DNA of 17,199 nucleotides from Candidatus Hodarchaeota archaeon (GTDB lineage Archaea; Asgardarchaeota; Heimdallarchaeia; Hodarchaeales; Hodarchaeaceae): NCBI GenBank assembly GCA_029856365.1, contig JAHQWW010000079.1, positions 1 to 17,199 of the forward strand, read 5' to 3'. Shown piece by piece: positions 17,115 to 17,199 of this stretch (position 1 is its first letter; each line of letters starts with the position of its first letter). The notes under the pieces were generated by a model. It saw only the letters and a program-made list of their open reading frames with translations, ran no database searches and was not told where the DNA came from. The position numbers and the translations under genes were made by a program.

Positions 17115-17138
17115 AGTATAGACCGACGAGTATATACT
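17115..17138. promoter_or_regulatory. Imperfect palindrome, candidate operator
   Basis: AGTATAGAC-CGACGA-GTATATACT. Confidence 0.35.
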
Positions 17139-17169
17139 TTTGTAATCTAAACCAGCCCTTGACGAAGTT
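17131..17169 (-). repeat. Dispersed boundary motif, copy 7 (inverted); right member of the 39-bp inverted pair
   Basis: The reverse complement reads AACTTCGTCAAGGGCTGGTTTAGATTACAAAAGTATATA. Confidence 0.85.
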
Positions 17170-17199
17170 TCAGCGATAAACCCTTGGTAACCATGCTTA

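Noticed and set aside
3654-17169. Boundary motif as a CRISPR array
   Set aside because: Copies are about 0.9-5 kb apart, degenerate and separated by whole genes; no cas genes are present.
3654-17169. Boundary motif as classical integron attC sites
   Set aside because: There are no consistent RYYYAAC...GTTRRRY ends or long imperfect hairpins, and gene orientation is mixed.

Overview
AT-rich 17.2 kb window that looks archaeal. The proteins point to Asgard archaea, probably Heimdallarchaeia/Hodarchaeales (inference): a receiver-uDENN/longin-like fusion, a Rab-like pseudo-GTPase, a RING-type zinc finger, a TPR protein, and secreted proteins with Ser/Thr linker, xGF-TM-basic tails. It holds about 15 functionally unrelated accessory genes or fragments and no rRNA, tRNA, CRISPR array, transposase or integrase. 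Two things stand out. (1) A ~22-28 bp motif (consensus AACTTCGYNAAAKGCTGGWTTARA) occurs 7 times, plus weaker copies, at gene boundaries and almost always on the + strand. It divides the region into one- or two-gene units and resembles a dif/lox-type tyrosine-recombinase site, suggesting a cassette-array system. The last two copies form a 39-bp inverted pair. (2) An orphan Hcp/TssD (T6SS tube) homologue carries an N-terminal signal peptide/TM segment and is followed closely by a surface-anchored protein gene. Also found: a cryptic kinase-like protein, a 51-aa ORF missing from the ORF track, and several gene fragments. All calls come from reading the sequence by eye; no database searches were run.
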